A stretch of DNA of 64,000 bases from Caecitellus pseudoparvulus (Eukaryota; Protista; Bigyra: Bicosoecida). The notes under the pieces are model-generated. The model was not told the origin of the DNA. It saw nothing but the letters and a program-made list of their open reading frames with translations, and searched no databases. Location: the NCBI GenBank assembly GCA_965644315.1, contig CBFFRQ010000067.1, forward strand, positions 372,001 to 436,000, given 5' to 3'. Below, piece after piece: positions 10,883-22,400 of the stretch (positions are counted from its first letter, which is position 1; the number at the start of each line of letters is the position of its first letter). The position numbers were made by a program, and so were the translations under genes.

Positions 10883-11876
10883 TCACAGCTTTGCTGCGGG
10901 TTTCGCCGCTTCGATGACTTTGCCCAGCTTCATGGCCAGGGCCATGTTGCCCTTCAGCTTCAGCTTGCCTCGCATGAACGCCTGCTGTGCGTTGAGCTTG
11001 CCGTCGGCCAGGGACACCATGTCTGCGTCTGACACGGTGATGGTGAGGGCGGGCTTGCCTTGCTTCGGCATGCCTGCGTACACGTCGCCGCTGCCGTGCT
11101 TCAAGTCGATGGTGAAGGGGTGCCCCGACACGTCAAAGACGATGACGCCCTTCACCTGGGACACAAGCGCCTCGCCCTGCCGCTTTACACCCTCCCCAAT
11201 CAGCTCGAACACGGCAGCCGACTTCAGGCCTGAGGTGGGCGCAGGCGCCGCAGCGGCCTGGCCACTGGCAGGCGCCGAAGCTCCCCCCTTCAAAAATTCC
11301 TTCCGAGCTGCATCAGTCTGGGGCGGGGCGAGGAGTCGGGCAAGGGTGGTGCGGGAGTTGCGGACAAACTGCACTTGGCGGCGAGGCTGGGCGCCGCCCC
11401 GGCTGGTTCGACACGCACCACAGCGTTGACCTTCATGGCCAGGGCCATGTTGCCCTTCAGCTTCAGCTTGCCTCGCATGAACGCCTGCGGGGTAGTACGT
11501 GCGGGCCTCAAGCTGTGCGATGCGTCGAGGCAGGCCAGCCACCCTGACGACGCACTTGCTGGGGGTTCAGCTTGCCGTTGGAGATGGACAAGAAGTCGTC
11601 CTTGTTCAGGGTGATGACGAGGTCAGCCTTGGGCTCCACGCCTGCCACGGAGAAGGGTCGGCGTGTGGTGCTGGAGCTTGCTGCACTGCACTTGCAGCTC
11701 CGGCACACACCTGTATGCACGGCTCCTGAGCCGTTCTTCAAGTCCACTGTGAAGGAGTCATCGCCCATGCTGTAGGCAATGACGCCCTTGACTTTCCCGA
11801 CGAGAGCTGTGCCCTGAGCCGCCAAGGCCGCCTTGGTGGCGTCAACCACTTGTTGCACGCTGGTCACGCTAGCCAT
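10883..11876 (-). CDS. Tandem SCP2 (sterol carrier protein 2) domain protein, peroxisomal (PTS1 -AKL); 4 exons, 250 aa
   Basis: Introns 11642..11710, 11485..11555 and 11318..11418. Two copies of GKLN.QQAFMRGKLKLKGNMALAMK; C-terminus AKL. Confidence 0.9.
10928..11488. repeat. 58-nt perfect direct repeat (10928..10985 = 11431..11488) between the two SCP2 domains
   Basis: Both copies read cttcatggccagggccatgttgcccttcagcttcagcttgcctcgcatgaacgcctgc. Confidence 0.95.
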
Positions 11877-12301
11877 GGCTACAGCGGAAGCCTGCGGATC
11901 ACTGATGAGCTGGGAGCACTGCGCTGCGGAAGGGTGCTGGGAAACCATAGGCCAGCTGGGTGGTGCGGGTGGAAGTGCGATGGCGGCGTGGATGTGCCGC
12001 CGGCTCTGGGCGCCGCCTTCAGACCAGTGTGAGTGCGCCACTCCGATGCACACTCAAAGTCAGGTGAATATGCACGAAGCGTGTAAGGTTGCATTTGTGG
12101 GTGAGTGCGCCCAGGGTGGCTCACTGCATCATGCAACGGGCGGGGGCATGAACCAGGCCAGGAGCCACAGACCGCCCAGCGGGCAGTCTGCGTGGGAGGT
12201 TCAGACACGGCCACTGGCCCAGCACGCACCACAACCACCCTTCCAAGGTGCAAGCACGTGGCGTGTGTGCTGCCTGACGCGCAGACAAAGGAAGCAAGCG
12301 C

Positions 12302-12469
12302 TCAGTGGTGCCCGCCCTTGGGTGGAGCGAAGGTGTACTTGAAGTACTGCTGGCCCATATACAGTGCCCAAGCGCCAATGGCAATGTTCAAGCCCCAGTA
12401 GCGACCACCCTTGATCTTGTGGCGAAAGATGGGGTGCGCCCTCCACTGGTCCTGGCCTTGAAGCACCAT
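12302..12469 (-). CDS. Small single-TM protein resembling complex I subunit NDUFB3/B12 (55 aa)
   Basis: DQWRAHPIF...YWGLNIAIGAWALYM...HH resembles the NDUFB3 pattern (EAWRYHP...PGFGIA.GAF..Y) including a His-rich tail. Confidence 0.65.
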   Translation of the reverse strand: MVLQGQDQWRAHPIFRHKIKGGRYWGLNIAIGAWALYMGQQYFKYTFAPPKGGHH

Positions 12470-12848
12470 GCTGGTGCGCACGCGTTTCCGCTCGAATTCC
12501 GCACTGCTACGCTGCAGTGCTCTGAGGGCCCAGCTGTGTGCGGTGACGGTGTGCCTGGTGACAAGAGTCCCGTGATGCTGTAGCGGGTTTGTAGTGTGCA
12601 GTGAAGTCCGTTGTGACGAGTTTTTGACTGGACTCGGGGGTGCTTTGCGGATGTGGGCTGCCTCGACGCTGCTCCGGAAAGCGCTATCGCGCGAATCTGC
12701 AGAGCCTAGGGCGCCACACATCCAACAGAAACCACGCAAGTTTCAGTGGGAGGCCTCTTTCATACATACGGACGGCTGGGCCGTCCACCGTTGCTCTGCC
12801 TGCTGCCACCACCCCCAAGCTCAGTGCGGAATTCGATCAGAACGTGGC

Positions 12849-13925
12849 ATGGCAGAGGCAGAGCAGCGTCCCGGGCTGCTGCCGCGCGAGATGGCGAGCT
12901 TCATCGCGGGCCAAGTGTCCTTCTCTGCAGGTCTATCCGTGGCGTACCCGCTGGATACCAGTGAGTGCTTGGGCGGGTTCAGCGGGCCAGGCAGGGAACG
13001 CGGGGAATGAAGCGCCACGCTGCCACCACGCCCGCATCCCTGCAAGTCTGTGCCCCCCGCGCTTCCCGCAGTCAAAGTGCGCATGCAGACAGTTGCTGGA
13101 GCTGCGGAAGGTGGCATGCTTGCCGTTGCACGAAACATGGTGGCAACGCAAGGGGTGCGTTGGCGCGTGATACTGCCCGCACTGCAAGCCCTGCTGCACT
13201 GCACCTGGCGCCAACCGCAGCTGCGTGGCTTTTACAACGGCCTGACGTCCCCGCTGTTCGGGTATGGCATGGCAGGGGCTGTTGCCTTCTCAGGGAACGA
13301 CTGGGCCACACGATTCCTGAAGCGGTGGCGCTCTGGAGCCGCCTCTGATGCCGAGGCCAAAGACACACACTTGAGTTTTTCAGACGCCTTCATGGCCGGC
13401 GCCTTCGCGGGGTTTGTGAACAACGTCCCCCGCACCATCGTGGACCGACTGAAGACCGTCGCCCAAGTGCAGGGTGTGACGACGCCCCAGGCTGTCCGGT
13501 ACATTTTGCACCATCAGGGTGTGCGGGGCTTGCTGGACGGCTTCGGAGTCACAATGGTGCGCGAGGTGCCCCAATTCGGCATCTACTTCTCAACCTTCGC
13601 GGCCTTCATGCTGGCCATCACACCGGAATCAGGCGAGAGGCCGCCCAGCTGGCAAGTGGCTGGTGTGGGCGCCTTGGCGGGGGTCATTCAGTGGCTGCCG
13701 CCGCTGTACTGCGTTGACGTTGTCAAGTCACGCCTGCAGGGCGCTCCTGTCGGCACGTACTCCAGCATGCGGCACTGCGCCGAGTCTCTGTACGCAGAGC
13801 ATGGCTGGCGGGTCTTCGTGCGTGGGCTAGGTCCCACCATCATTCGCGGGCTGCCCCTGCACGCGACGACGTTTCTGACGTATGAGACGCTCATGCGAGT
13901 GCTGTCAGACGGCGCGGCAAGGTGA
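12849..13925 (+). CDS. Mitochondrial carrier (SLC25; carnitine/ornithine carrier-like); 3 exons
   Basis: Introns 12961..13071 and 13155..13220. Signatures PLDTIKVRMQ, IVDRLKTVAQ and CVDVVKSRLQ; GFYNGLTSPL and REVP. Confidence 0.9.
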
Positions 13926-14091
13926 AGCCCCTCCCGACTTTCAAGGGGGTGGCATGCCGCAGCTCGCTTTGCTGAATCAATGCACGTGTAATTTTATCAT
14001 CTGCAGAAGCGCCCCGGTTGCCTGTGCCGAAGCACTGGTCAGCAACCGAGCCCGGCACGAACCTGCGAGGCGATTCTCGCACCACGCCAAC

Positions 14092-16402
14092 ATGGAAACT
14101 GCAGAGTCTGTGCCACAGCTTGCAAGCGAGTGCGAAAACCTGCACCACGCTGCTGCTATTGGCGATGTGGATGCCTGCAAGTACTTTCTGGACGTTGAAG
14201 GCGTGGATGTGAACGAGTTGAACAGCTTTGACGAGTCGGCGCTGTACTGTGCGAGGTGGGCACCAATTTCCGCACGCTTCCGCGCCACTTCTGTCGCCCA
14301 CACACCGCCCTTCGCGTACTGGCAGTCTTTGTGGGCATTTACATGTGATCAAGCTGCTTCTGGCGCGCGGAGCAAGTGCGGCCATGCTCACCTTCGACGG
14401 CCAGCGAGTGGCCTATGCGGCTCTGACAGACGAAATTCGGCGAGAGCTGAAGGCTGCTGCTGAGCACCACGAGACGGCCAGTCAAGTGCAGGCACCCCTG
14501 CACACACACATGGCGCGTCTGGCCAACAGTGTCAAGACAGGCAAGGGCGATCACGACTTCGAGCTCCGCTTCTTCGCCGATCCGGCCTCTGTGCCGGATC
14601 ACTTGCCCTTGTGGCAGCCACACTTGCACCACACAAAGCAAGCATCTCCCGCTGTGGGGTCCACAGCTTCCCCCGGCGTCAGTGCTGGGGAGGGACTGGC
14701 GGCATCCACATCCGGGGCGCCTGTGCACACTGTGTACCTCCACAGGTTCGTCATGGCCCTCCGCAGCGCCGGATTCGCAGCGTTGCTCGCTGGGCCTTGG
14801 GCAGGTCGCGAAGCGGTCGCAGTTCCCCTGGGTGGTAGTGTTTACCCTGCTTGCAAAGCCCTGGTGCAGTTCCTGTACACGGACAGTGTGCAATGCCAGT
14901 TGGGGGTGCTGGGTGCGCTGTACCAGGCAGGTGAGCACCTTGACATGCCTCGCCTTGTGGCTATGCTGGCGGAATGTGAACGGCAAGGCTACCGAAGCCT
15001 CCCTGACTCTCGTGTCGTTACACTGCGGGCTGGGAGTATGCTGAAAGAAACTGGCTCGTCTTTTTCTTCGCGGGCTTGGAGCCGGCCTGCTGTGGGACAA
15101 GGAACAAGCAATGGGCAGGGCGCTGCCTGCAGCGAGGCGGTGAAGGAGGAGCGCGCAAGCTCTGCTGCCTCAGCAGCACCGCGTCAAGCGAGTTGGACTG
15201 CTGCACAGCCCTTCAGTGGATCAAAGGCAGTGGGTGCCATGCTGAGTGGGGGAAGTGTTGCCGCTGCTGCGGCGGGCAGTCACGGTATACGAGAAGCAAA
15301 GCCGCATCCACGAGCCAGCATTGATCCGCAATACTTCAAGCGGCCTGGGCGAGGGTCCCAGGCCAAGTCTCACCGTCGTGGAGGTGCACGGCGAAGCACT
15401 GCTCCAGCCTTCATTGAACTGTTTCATGAAACTCCAGGGACCTTGGAGCACACCATGCACGATGCCGTGGAGCGTTTGATCCGTGGGCAGCCGTCGCCGG
15501 AGGCCGCCTGCACGGTGGATGCAGTGGTGCAGGCTGCTTCAGACCACTGCATTGATGTGCACCTTCCCCTGCTCAAGTCACGGTCTTCCTTTTTTTCTTC
15601 GCTCTTTAGTCCACACTTTGCGGAAGGCAGCGCACTCTCCAGTTCCGGAGTCAAGTCAAGCTTTCACTTTGGCGCTGTGGACAAACCGGTAGCATTTGCC
15701 TTGCTGCGGTTCATGTACTGCAGTGCAGGCGTGCAAGTGTTCCAAGCCAACGGAAAACCCTTGCACTCGTTCGCTCCAGGGCACTTGGCAGCTGCCGTGC
15801 CCCCTTCCCAGCTTACCGCAGACCAGGCCGTCCAGTTGCTGTACGCGGCCGACTTGTACCTCCTGACAGACCTTCGTGCGGCATGTGCAGCTGCTTGTGC
15901 GGCAGCAGCTACTGACGACACTGCTTGTGCATTTTACCGCGCTGCAGATGATTTTTCTCTGAAGCGCCTCGCACACGCATCGGCCAAGGCCCTGGCGATG
16001 AGCCTTGATGTTCAAGTGCTCCGCCCAGAGTTCCTGCAGCTGGTGCTTGACAGTGCTGCTTCCATTCAAGATCGGGAGGAGGACGACTCCGTCCCAGTGC
16101 TGGACGACATTGCTGCGGAACTGCAAGCTTTCGCGGGCACCGCTTTCTCCGCCCTCGCAGAGGCCGAGCTTGCCGCAAAGGCTGCCCAGCAACCTGCTCT
16201 CCATGCAGTGGTCCAACCAGATGCAGATGGAGCAGACTTAGCTGCCATTGTCCAGTCCCTTGCTTCGTGCCCTGATCACATCCTGAGCCTGGACAAGCCC
16301 CTTCTTGGGGCTGCAGCAGTTCAGCGCCGCCTCGCACTCCTGGCCCGCCTGGCCGAGGCGCTGCAAGTCGCCCCCTGCGCCGCTGGCAGGACTGGAGATT
16401 GA
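14092..16402 (+). CDS. ABTB1: Ankyrin repeat and BTB/POZ domain protein, ABTB1-like; 2 exons
   Basis: Intron 14256..14325 gives ALYCASLCGHLHVIKLLLARGA...TFDGQRVAYAALTDEIRREL, like the ABTB1 N-terminus. Two BTB-like segments (HRFVMALRS...FLYTD; LKSRSSFF...FMY...AADLYLL). Confidence 0.8.
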
Positions 16403-16426
16403 TGGGGCGTGTTGCCACTCCATGAG

Positions 16427-19400
16427 TTACACTTTCGCTGCGCCCAGCTTCCCCCTGGCTCGTTGCCGTCGGCCGCGTGCTCCGCCGCCACCTCGCCCAG
16501 CCGCAATCGCCTTGGCCCGACCTTCCTTTTGCACCGCCCGCATCAGCATAGCAGCCCGCGCAGCAGCCTTGAGCTTGGGAGCGCCTTTCTTGCGTTGCAC
16601 TACGGCAACCTCCGACGTGCAGCTCTCTGCACTGCCTGCGCTGACTTTAGAGTCGGCTCGAGCACGCCCTGCGCCGGACTGCACCTCACAGCCCAGCCGG
16701 CGTCGCCGCACTTGGTGAGTTGCACCGACAAATGCCAAGGCCTGGTCAGACTTGAACATGGAACTCCATCCCAGCGACTGTGACATGCGGCGCATGCGCT
16801 TGTTCAAGGCTTTCTTCTGCTCGGCGGGCAGTTCGGAGACTGCAGAGTGGCCCACGAGGCCGCTAGCCAGCGCCGCGGCCACTGCGCCACGAATGGCAGG
16901 GACTTTGCTCACAAGCTTGTGAGTAGATGCGTCCACAGCGCCGCCTTTGGCAAAAACTGGTTGCTCCAATACGGCTTCAAGCCGCTGCGTCGAAGCGATG
17001 ATGCCCTGCTCTGATTCGGTTAGCGTTGTCCTTTGCGGGCCTGTCTGGGGGCGTTGTTCGTCCATGGCAGCCCTGTCCAGTGCAGACAAAGCAACAAGAG
17101 CATTCGGATCCGCGCAAGACATCGCCCCAGACACCACAGCATCTGCATCATCGGTAGGCAAGGTCTGCCAGATGTTGGCATCGCCCAAGCGCTGCAGCCG
17201 AGTTTTGATGTGCTTGGCGGCTGCAGGGGTCATCTTCTTCCACGCCATCGGGGACACTTCTTGACTCTGCAGCACACGAGTGACACTGTTTTCCACACCA
17301 TCCACGGCAACGCCGAGCAACGCCGCCGTGGCTGTGATCTCAATTGTCGAAGGTGCAGGCACAGCATCACCCCAGCCAACCTCAGCACGGCCAGACGCCG
17401 CAATTCCCGTGCAGCTGAACTGTGCCTGGTCAGCGCCAACTTCACTGCTCCGTGCTGTAAACTGCGTGAGCGTGCCGACTGACCGCGCTGCTCCTGCGAA
17501 AGATGGGCGCCGGGCGGCACGCCCAACAGGGCCTTTCGTTCGAAGGTATTGCGGTCGAGCATGCAGCTTCCGGCGAGCAGGCCGACGAGAGGACGCGCTG
17601 CGGGAGCCATGCTTGCGCCTCCAATGCACGATTACCCCGATGATGATCAGTGCGACTAGTGCGCAGCCGCCTCCAATGTAAGCTGCTCGGGGAATGACTG
17701 CATCCTCTCCATCGCTCCCCGGAGCCACCTGCGCACTGGCCACATCAAACACTTCGGTTCTGTTCAGCGTAACAAGGGCTTGGGAAACGGAAGGAAGATG
17801 TAAAGGTGTAGTGCTGAGTGCAGGTGATGCCGTGACGCTGGGCGACACCGATGCCGTGACGCTGGGCGACACCGATGCCGTGACGCTGGGCGACACCGAT
17901 GCCGTGACGCTGGGCGACACCGATGCCGTGACGCTGGGCGACACCGATGCCGTGACGCTGGGCGATACCGATGCCGTGACGCTGGGCGACACCGATGCCG
18001 TGACGCTGGGCGACACCGATGCCGTGACGCTGGGCGACACCGATGCCGTGACGCTGGGCGATACCGATGCCGTGACGCTGGGCGACACCGATGCCGTGAC
18101 GCTGGGCGACACCGATGCCGTGACGCTGGGTGATACCGACGCCGTGACGCTGGGCGACACCGATGCCGTGACGCTGGGCGACACCGATGCCGTGACGCTG
18201 GGCGATACAGACGCCGTGACGCTGGGTGACACCGATGCCGTGACGCTGGGCGACACCGATGCCGTGACGCTGGGCGACACCGATGCCGTGACGCTGGGCG
18301 ATACCGATGCCGTGACGCTGGGCGACACCGATGCCGTGACGCTGGGCGACACCGATGCCGTGACGCTGGGTGACACCGATGCCGTGACGCTGGGCGACAC
18401 CGATGCCGTGACGCTGGGCGATACCGATGCCGTGACGCTGGGCGACACCGATGCCGTGACGCTGGGCGACACCGATGCCGTGACGCTGGGCGACACCGAT
18501 GCCGTGACGCTGGGCGACACCGATGCCGTGACGCTGGGCGACACCGATGCCGTGACGCTGGGTGACACCGATGCCGTGACGCTGGGCGACACCGATGCCG
18601 TGACGCTGGGCGATACCGATGCCGTGACGCTGGGCGACACCGATGCCGTGACGCTGGGCGACACCGATGCCGTGACGCTGGGCGACACCGATGCCGTGAC
18701 GCTGGGCGACACCGATGCCGTGACGCTGGGCGACACCGACGCCGTGACGCTGGGCGACACCGATGCCGTGACGCTGGGCGACACCGATGCCGTGACGCTG
18801 GGCGACACCGATGCCGTGACGCTGGGCGATACCGATGCCGTGACGCTGGGCGACACCGATGCCGTGACGCTGGGCGACACCGATGCCGTGACGCTGGGCG
18901 ACACCGATGCCGTGACGCTGGGCGACACCGACGCCGTGACGCTGGGCGACACCGATGCCGTGACGCTGGGCGACACCGATGCCGTGACGCTGGGCGACAC
19001 CGATGCCGTGACGCTGGGCGACACCGATGCCGTGACGCTGGGCGACACCGATGCCGTGACGCTGGGCGACACCGATGCCGTGACGCTGGGCGATACCGAT
19101 GCCGTGACGCTGGGCGACACCGATGCCGTGACGCTGGGCGACACCGATGCCGTGACGCTGGGCGACACCGATGCCGTGACGCTGGGCGACACCGATGCCG
19201 TGACGCTGGGCGACACCGATGCCGTGACGCTGGGCGACACCGATGCCGTGACGCTGGGTGATACCGACGCCGTGACGCTGGGCGACACCGATGCCGTGAC
19301 GCTGGGCGACGGACTCATTGCAACGAACAGCGGCAAAGGAGCTTCTTCGAGTGGTTCCGGCACTTGCAGTAGCTCAGCAGGAATTGGTTGCGTCGTCTCA

Positions 19401-22400
19401 GCTGGGATAACGCCGAGTGCTACGACGGTCACCTCGCTGGCAAGCAAGGGGAGTGGATCCGAGATAATAACCGCTGGCCTGCCATCTACCAGTGCTGCAG
19501 CGGAAGCGTCGCCGCCCATAAAACCACTCTCCTCCAATAGTATCCTCCTCGTGGCATTAGCTTGAAAGGATATATTCCACCGTTGTAGTTCTATTGCATC
19601 CTCATGCTGGAGGGGGCAGTGCACGCCATCCTGCTCATCTGTGGCTTGAACTTCAAGCTGGGCGGGGCGAAGAGCTGCGAGGCCAAAGCGCACAGAAAGC
19701 GTGCTATTTTCTCCAGAGTGGGTGAAAAAGATGCTCGAAGAGTTCAATCTGAGCACGCCATGCTGCTGCACATGAGAGCAAAGTGTGTCATCGCACATGG
19801 CATCTTCTTGCAAGCCCGAGGGAGTGGCCGAGGGATTTGGTTGGAGGTCCAAGGCCAAGGCGCTATGGAAGGAGCCCAAGAAAGTTTTCCGGATCAACGT
19901 CAGAGAGGCGGACGTGTTCATGACTGGTGCTAACAGGCTTGGCCACATGATGCTGCTATTCACAGCACTTTCCGAAGACGTGGAAGTGGTGGCAAAGAAT
20001 ACAGGTGGAGCTGTGGCGTTGTCGAGCTCAATCACGAACTCCGTGTTCCACACTGGGTGTGGGACGAGAACAGAAAAGTTGCCGGCACACAAGACGGCTG
20101 AACCATCAGACACGCGGTGCAGCCCATCACTGAGAGCAGCTGCAGGGCACATTGGCTCATCCAGGAGGAAGGATCGGCTGGGATCCGGGCGAGTGGGACC
20201 GGACACTGAGCTTGCGATGCCAACTCGATCACCGACTGAGATACTGCCAGACGCGTTGATGCTTGCACTTGCAGTGATTCGGTCCGCAGGGAAGGCTACA
20301 TGCACTGTTTGATTTTCACCAGCCCAGGCGCCATTGAACGAGACACCGACGCTGATTTGCTCAGAGGAAAACGAAGAACTGTTGGAAGTCAGCAGGCAGC
20401 TGTCTAGGGTATCTGTGTGCGCACCAGCGGGCACTGTGCAGGAGTTGTTCACGCAAATGCTCAATCCTAGGCAAATACCTTGCAAGTCTCCGAGCAGAGG
20501 CGCATTCCCAAGTCCATCTTGGGGGAGAACTCGAATGGAGAGTGGTTGATCTGACGGCACGATTGTCGAGTTTGCCTCAGCCATGAAGCCTTGTACTGAA
20601 AAACTCGACAGCGCCCAGTTCACAGGGCCAGGTGCAATCACAATCTGCCGCCTAGTTATTGCAGCGGAGCCATTCGACGGCGCCAGATCGAAGGCACCAG
20701 TTGCTGCCGGTACGACGAACGTAGCATGCGTGCCGTTGAGCGTTGCAGGAACAACTTGTGACTGGGCATGCGGGTCACAGCCTGACGCTGCCCCCCCAGA
20801 GCATGTGAATGTCATGTCGGTGTGGCCAGTTGGCATACTCTGACCCAATAAGTGGCCTCCACACGAGTCCACTACTCGATAGGGCGCTGCAACGAGCTGC
20901 CCAGCTCGAAAGGGCAACTGCTGCCAAACTGACGCATTCACCTCAGCGAAAGTGTGAAGGGTTGTGGCATTCTGATGCACTGTCACATTAATGCTGGTGG
21001 ACATGCTGGACATGCGGCTTGAGAACACGTGGACTGCATGGCGCCCAGCCGGCAAGCGAATGGTCAGCTCCCTTGGGCTTGCCAGGAGATCTGTTGGAAG
21101 GAAGGACTTGGTTTCTCGACTGCTCTCCTCGGACTTGTGCAAGTCCCCAAGGGAGAAGCTGATGTTGCCGCCTTCCAGCACGGTGATTGTGGACAGAAAC
21201 AACTCAGGCTGCTTCGCCATCCCTGCGAACGCAGCAGGCGGCGCCCAGGTCTGTTCAAACCCGTCAGAAATGCTGAGGCTGAAGGATACCGAAGCAAGGT
21301 CGTCTCCACACACCCCACTTGTTGTGGCTTCTTCTGAGAGGGTTGTCAGGTTCACGAGCTGAATCCAGTCAGGTCCAGTGCCAAGTGGACGTGGAGACGT
21401 GACCAGCTCAGCGACACGAGCAATGTGGGCTCCGGAGGCTGGGTCGAGAATCTCCCCTGGGCCACTCCCGGCAAGCTCTCGCGGGCTGAATGCTGCTATG
21501 AACCCTTGAGATTCCAAGTAGAGCGCAGATGCAGAAGTGTTCAAAGTGCCCGAAGTTGTGGACGCGACATGCCGCAGCACTGTTTGTACAGAGCGGATGC
21601 GGTGGGAAGGATTCCCTGCAGCATCCACGGGCGAAGGGAATACCACGCGCGAATCTGTCACTGGAAAGAGCACCACCGGATCTGAAGCCAGCGCAGATTT
21701 GGCCACGTCGATGACCCCAGGCAAGACTTGGGGCGTCAAAGTGACAACAGTGACCGGGCTGCTGCTGGGGAGCTGGACTTGGACCTGAAAGCTCGCTGCT
21801 CCAGGCGAGTGCCAGCCATTCGGCAGAGTCCACGACCAGTTGCCCACAAACTGTGTGAAGAGGGAGCTGGTTCGTCCCCACCCATGTTCACCGCCGCAAA
21901 GTGTGTGGCTGGCGTTGAAAACGAGGCACACTGAAGCACCGGTCACGAGGTCAGCCCCTTCCGTGCAGCCTGAGTCCCAGCTGTGTTCTGCAGCCAATGC
22001 AATCCAAGAGGACTCACCAGGCGCAAGTGCGGACGCCATCGGACCGAATGCCACGATGGATCCAAGGCTGCACACGGGCGTCGTCGCGATCGGTGCGCTC
22101 AGCGCAGCATGCGTGGAGCCCACATCCAACGAGACAAGACCGAAATATGAGACTGAAGCGTGGGGCCAGAATGCGTGACTTGTGGCTGAGACTTGACCCG
22201 TCAAAATGTGCAGCCCTGCCGCTCCTCCGACTGTCAGACTCGAAGATGCTCCGGAGAGCGTTGCAGTTGCTTGGGTTATGCTGCTTGTTCCTGCTCCAGC
22301 TGTGATGGACAGCAAGGTCGTCGTTCCCGGCGCTTGCACGTGCGATGCGGCCCACTTGGAGTCTGCAAAAGCTTCGGGCAGGCGCATCCTGGTCGAATTT

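Noticed and set aside
17826-19310. CRISPR-like array
   Set aside because: Contiguous 24-nt units with no unique spacers, inside a eukaryotic CDS, and no cas genes.
17694-19565. 623-aa + strand ORF (DAVTLGDT)n
   Set aside because: Antisense shadow of the SPSVTASV repeat. The minus frame continues for kilobases on both sides into a coherent signal-peptide/TM protein.
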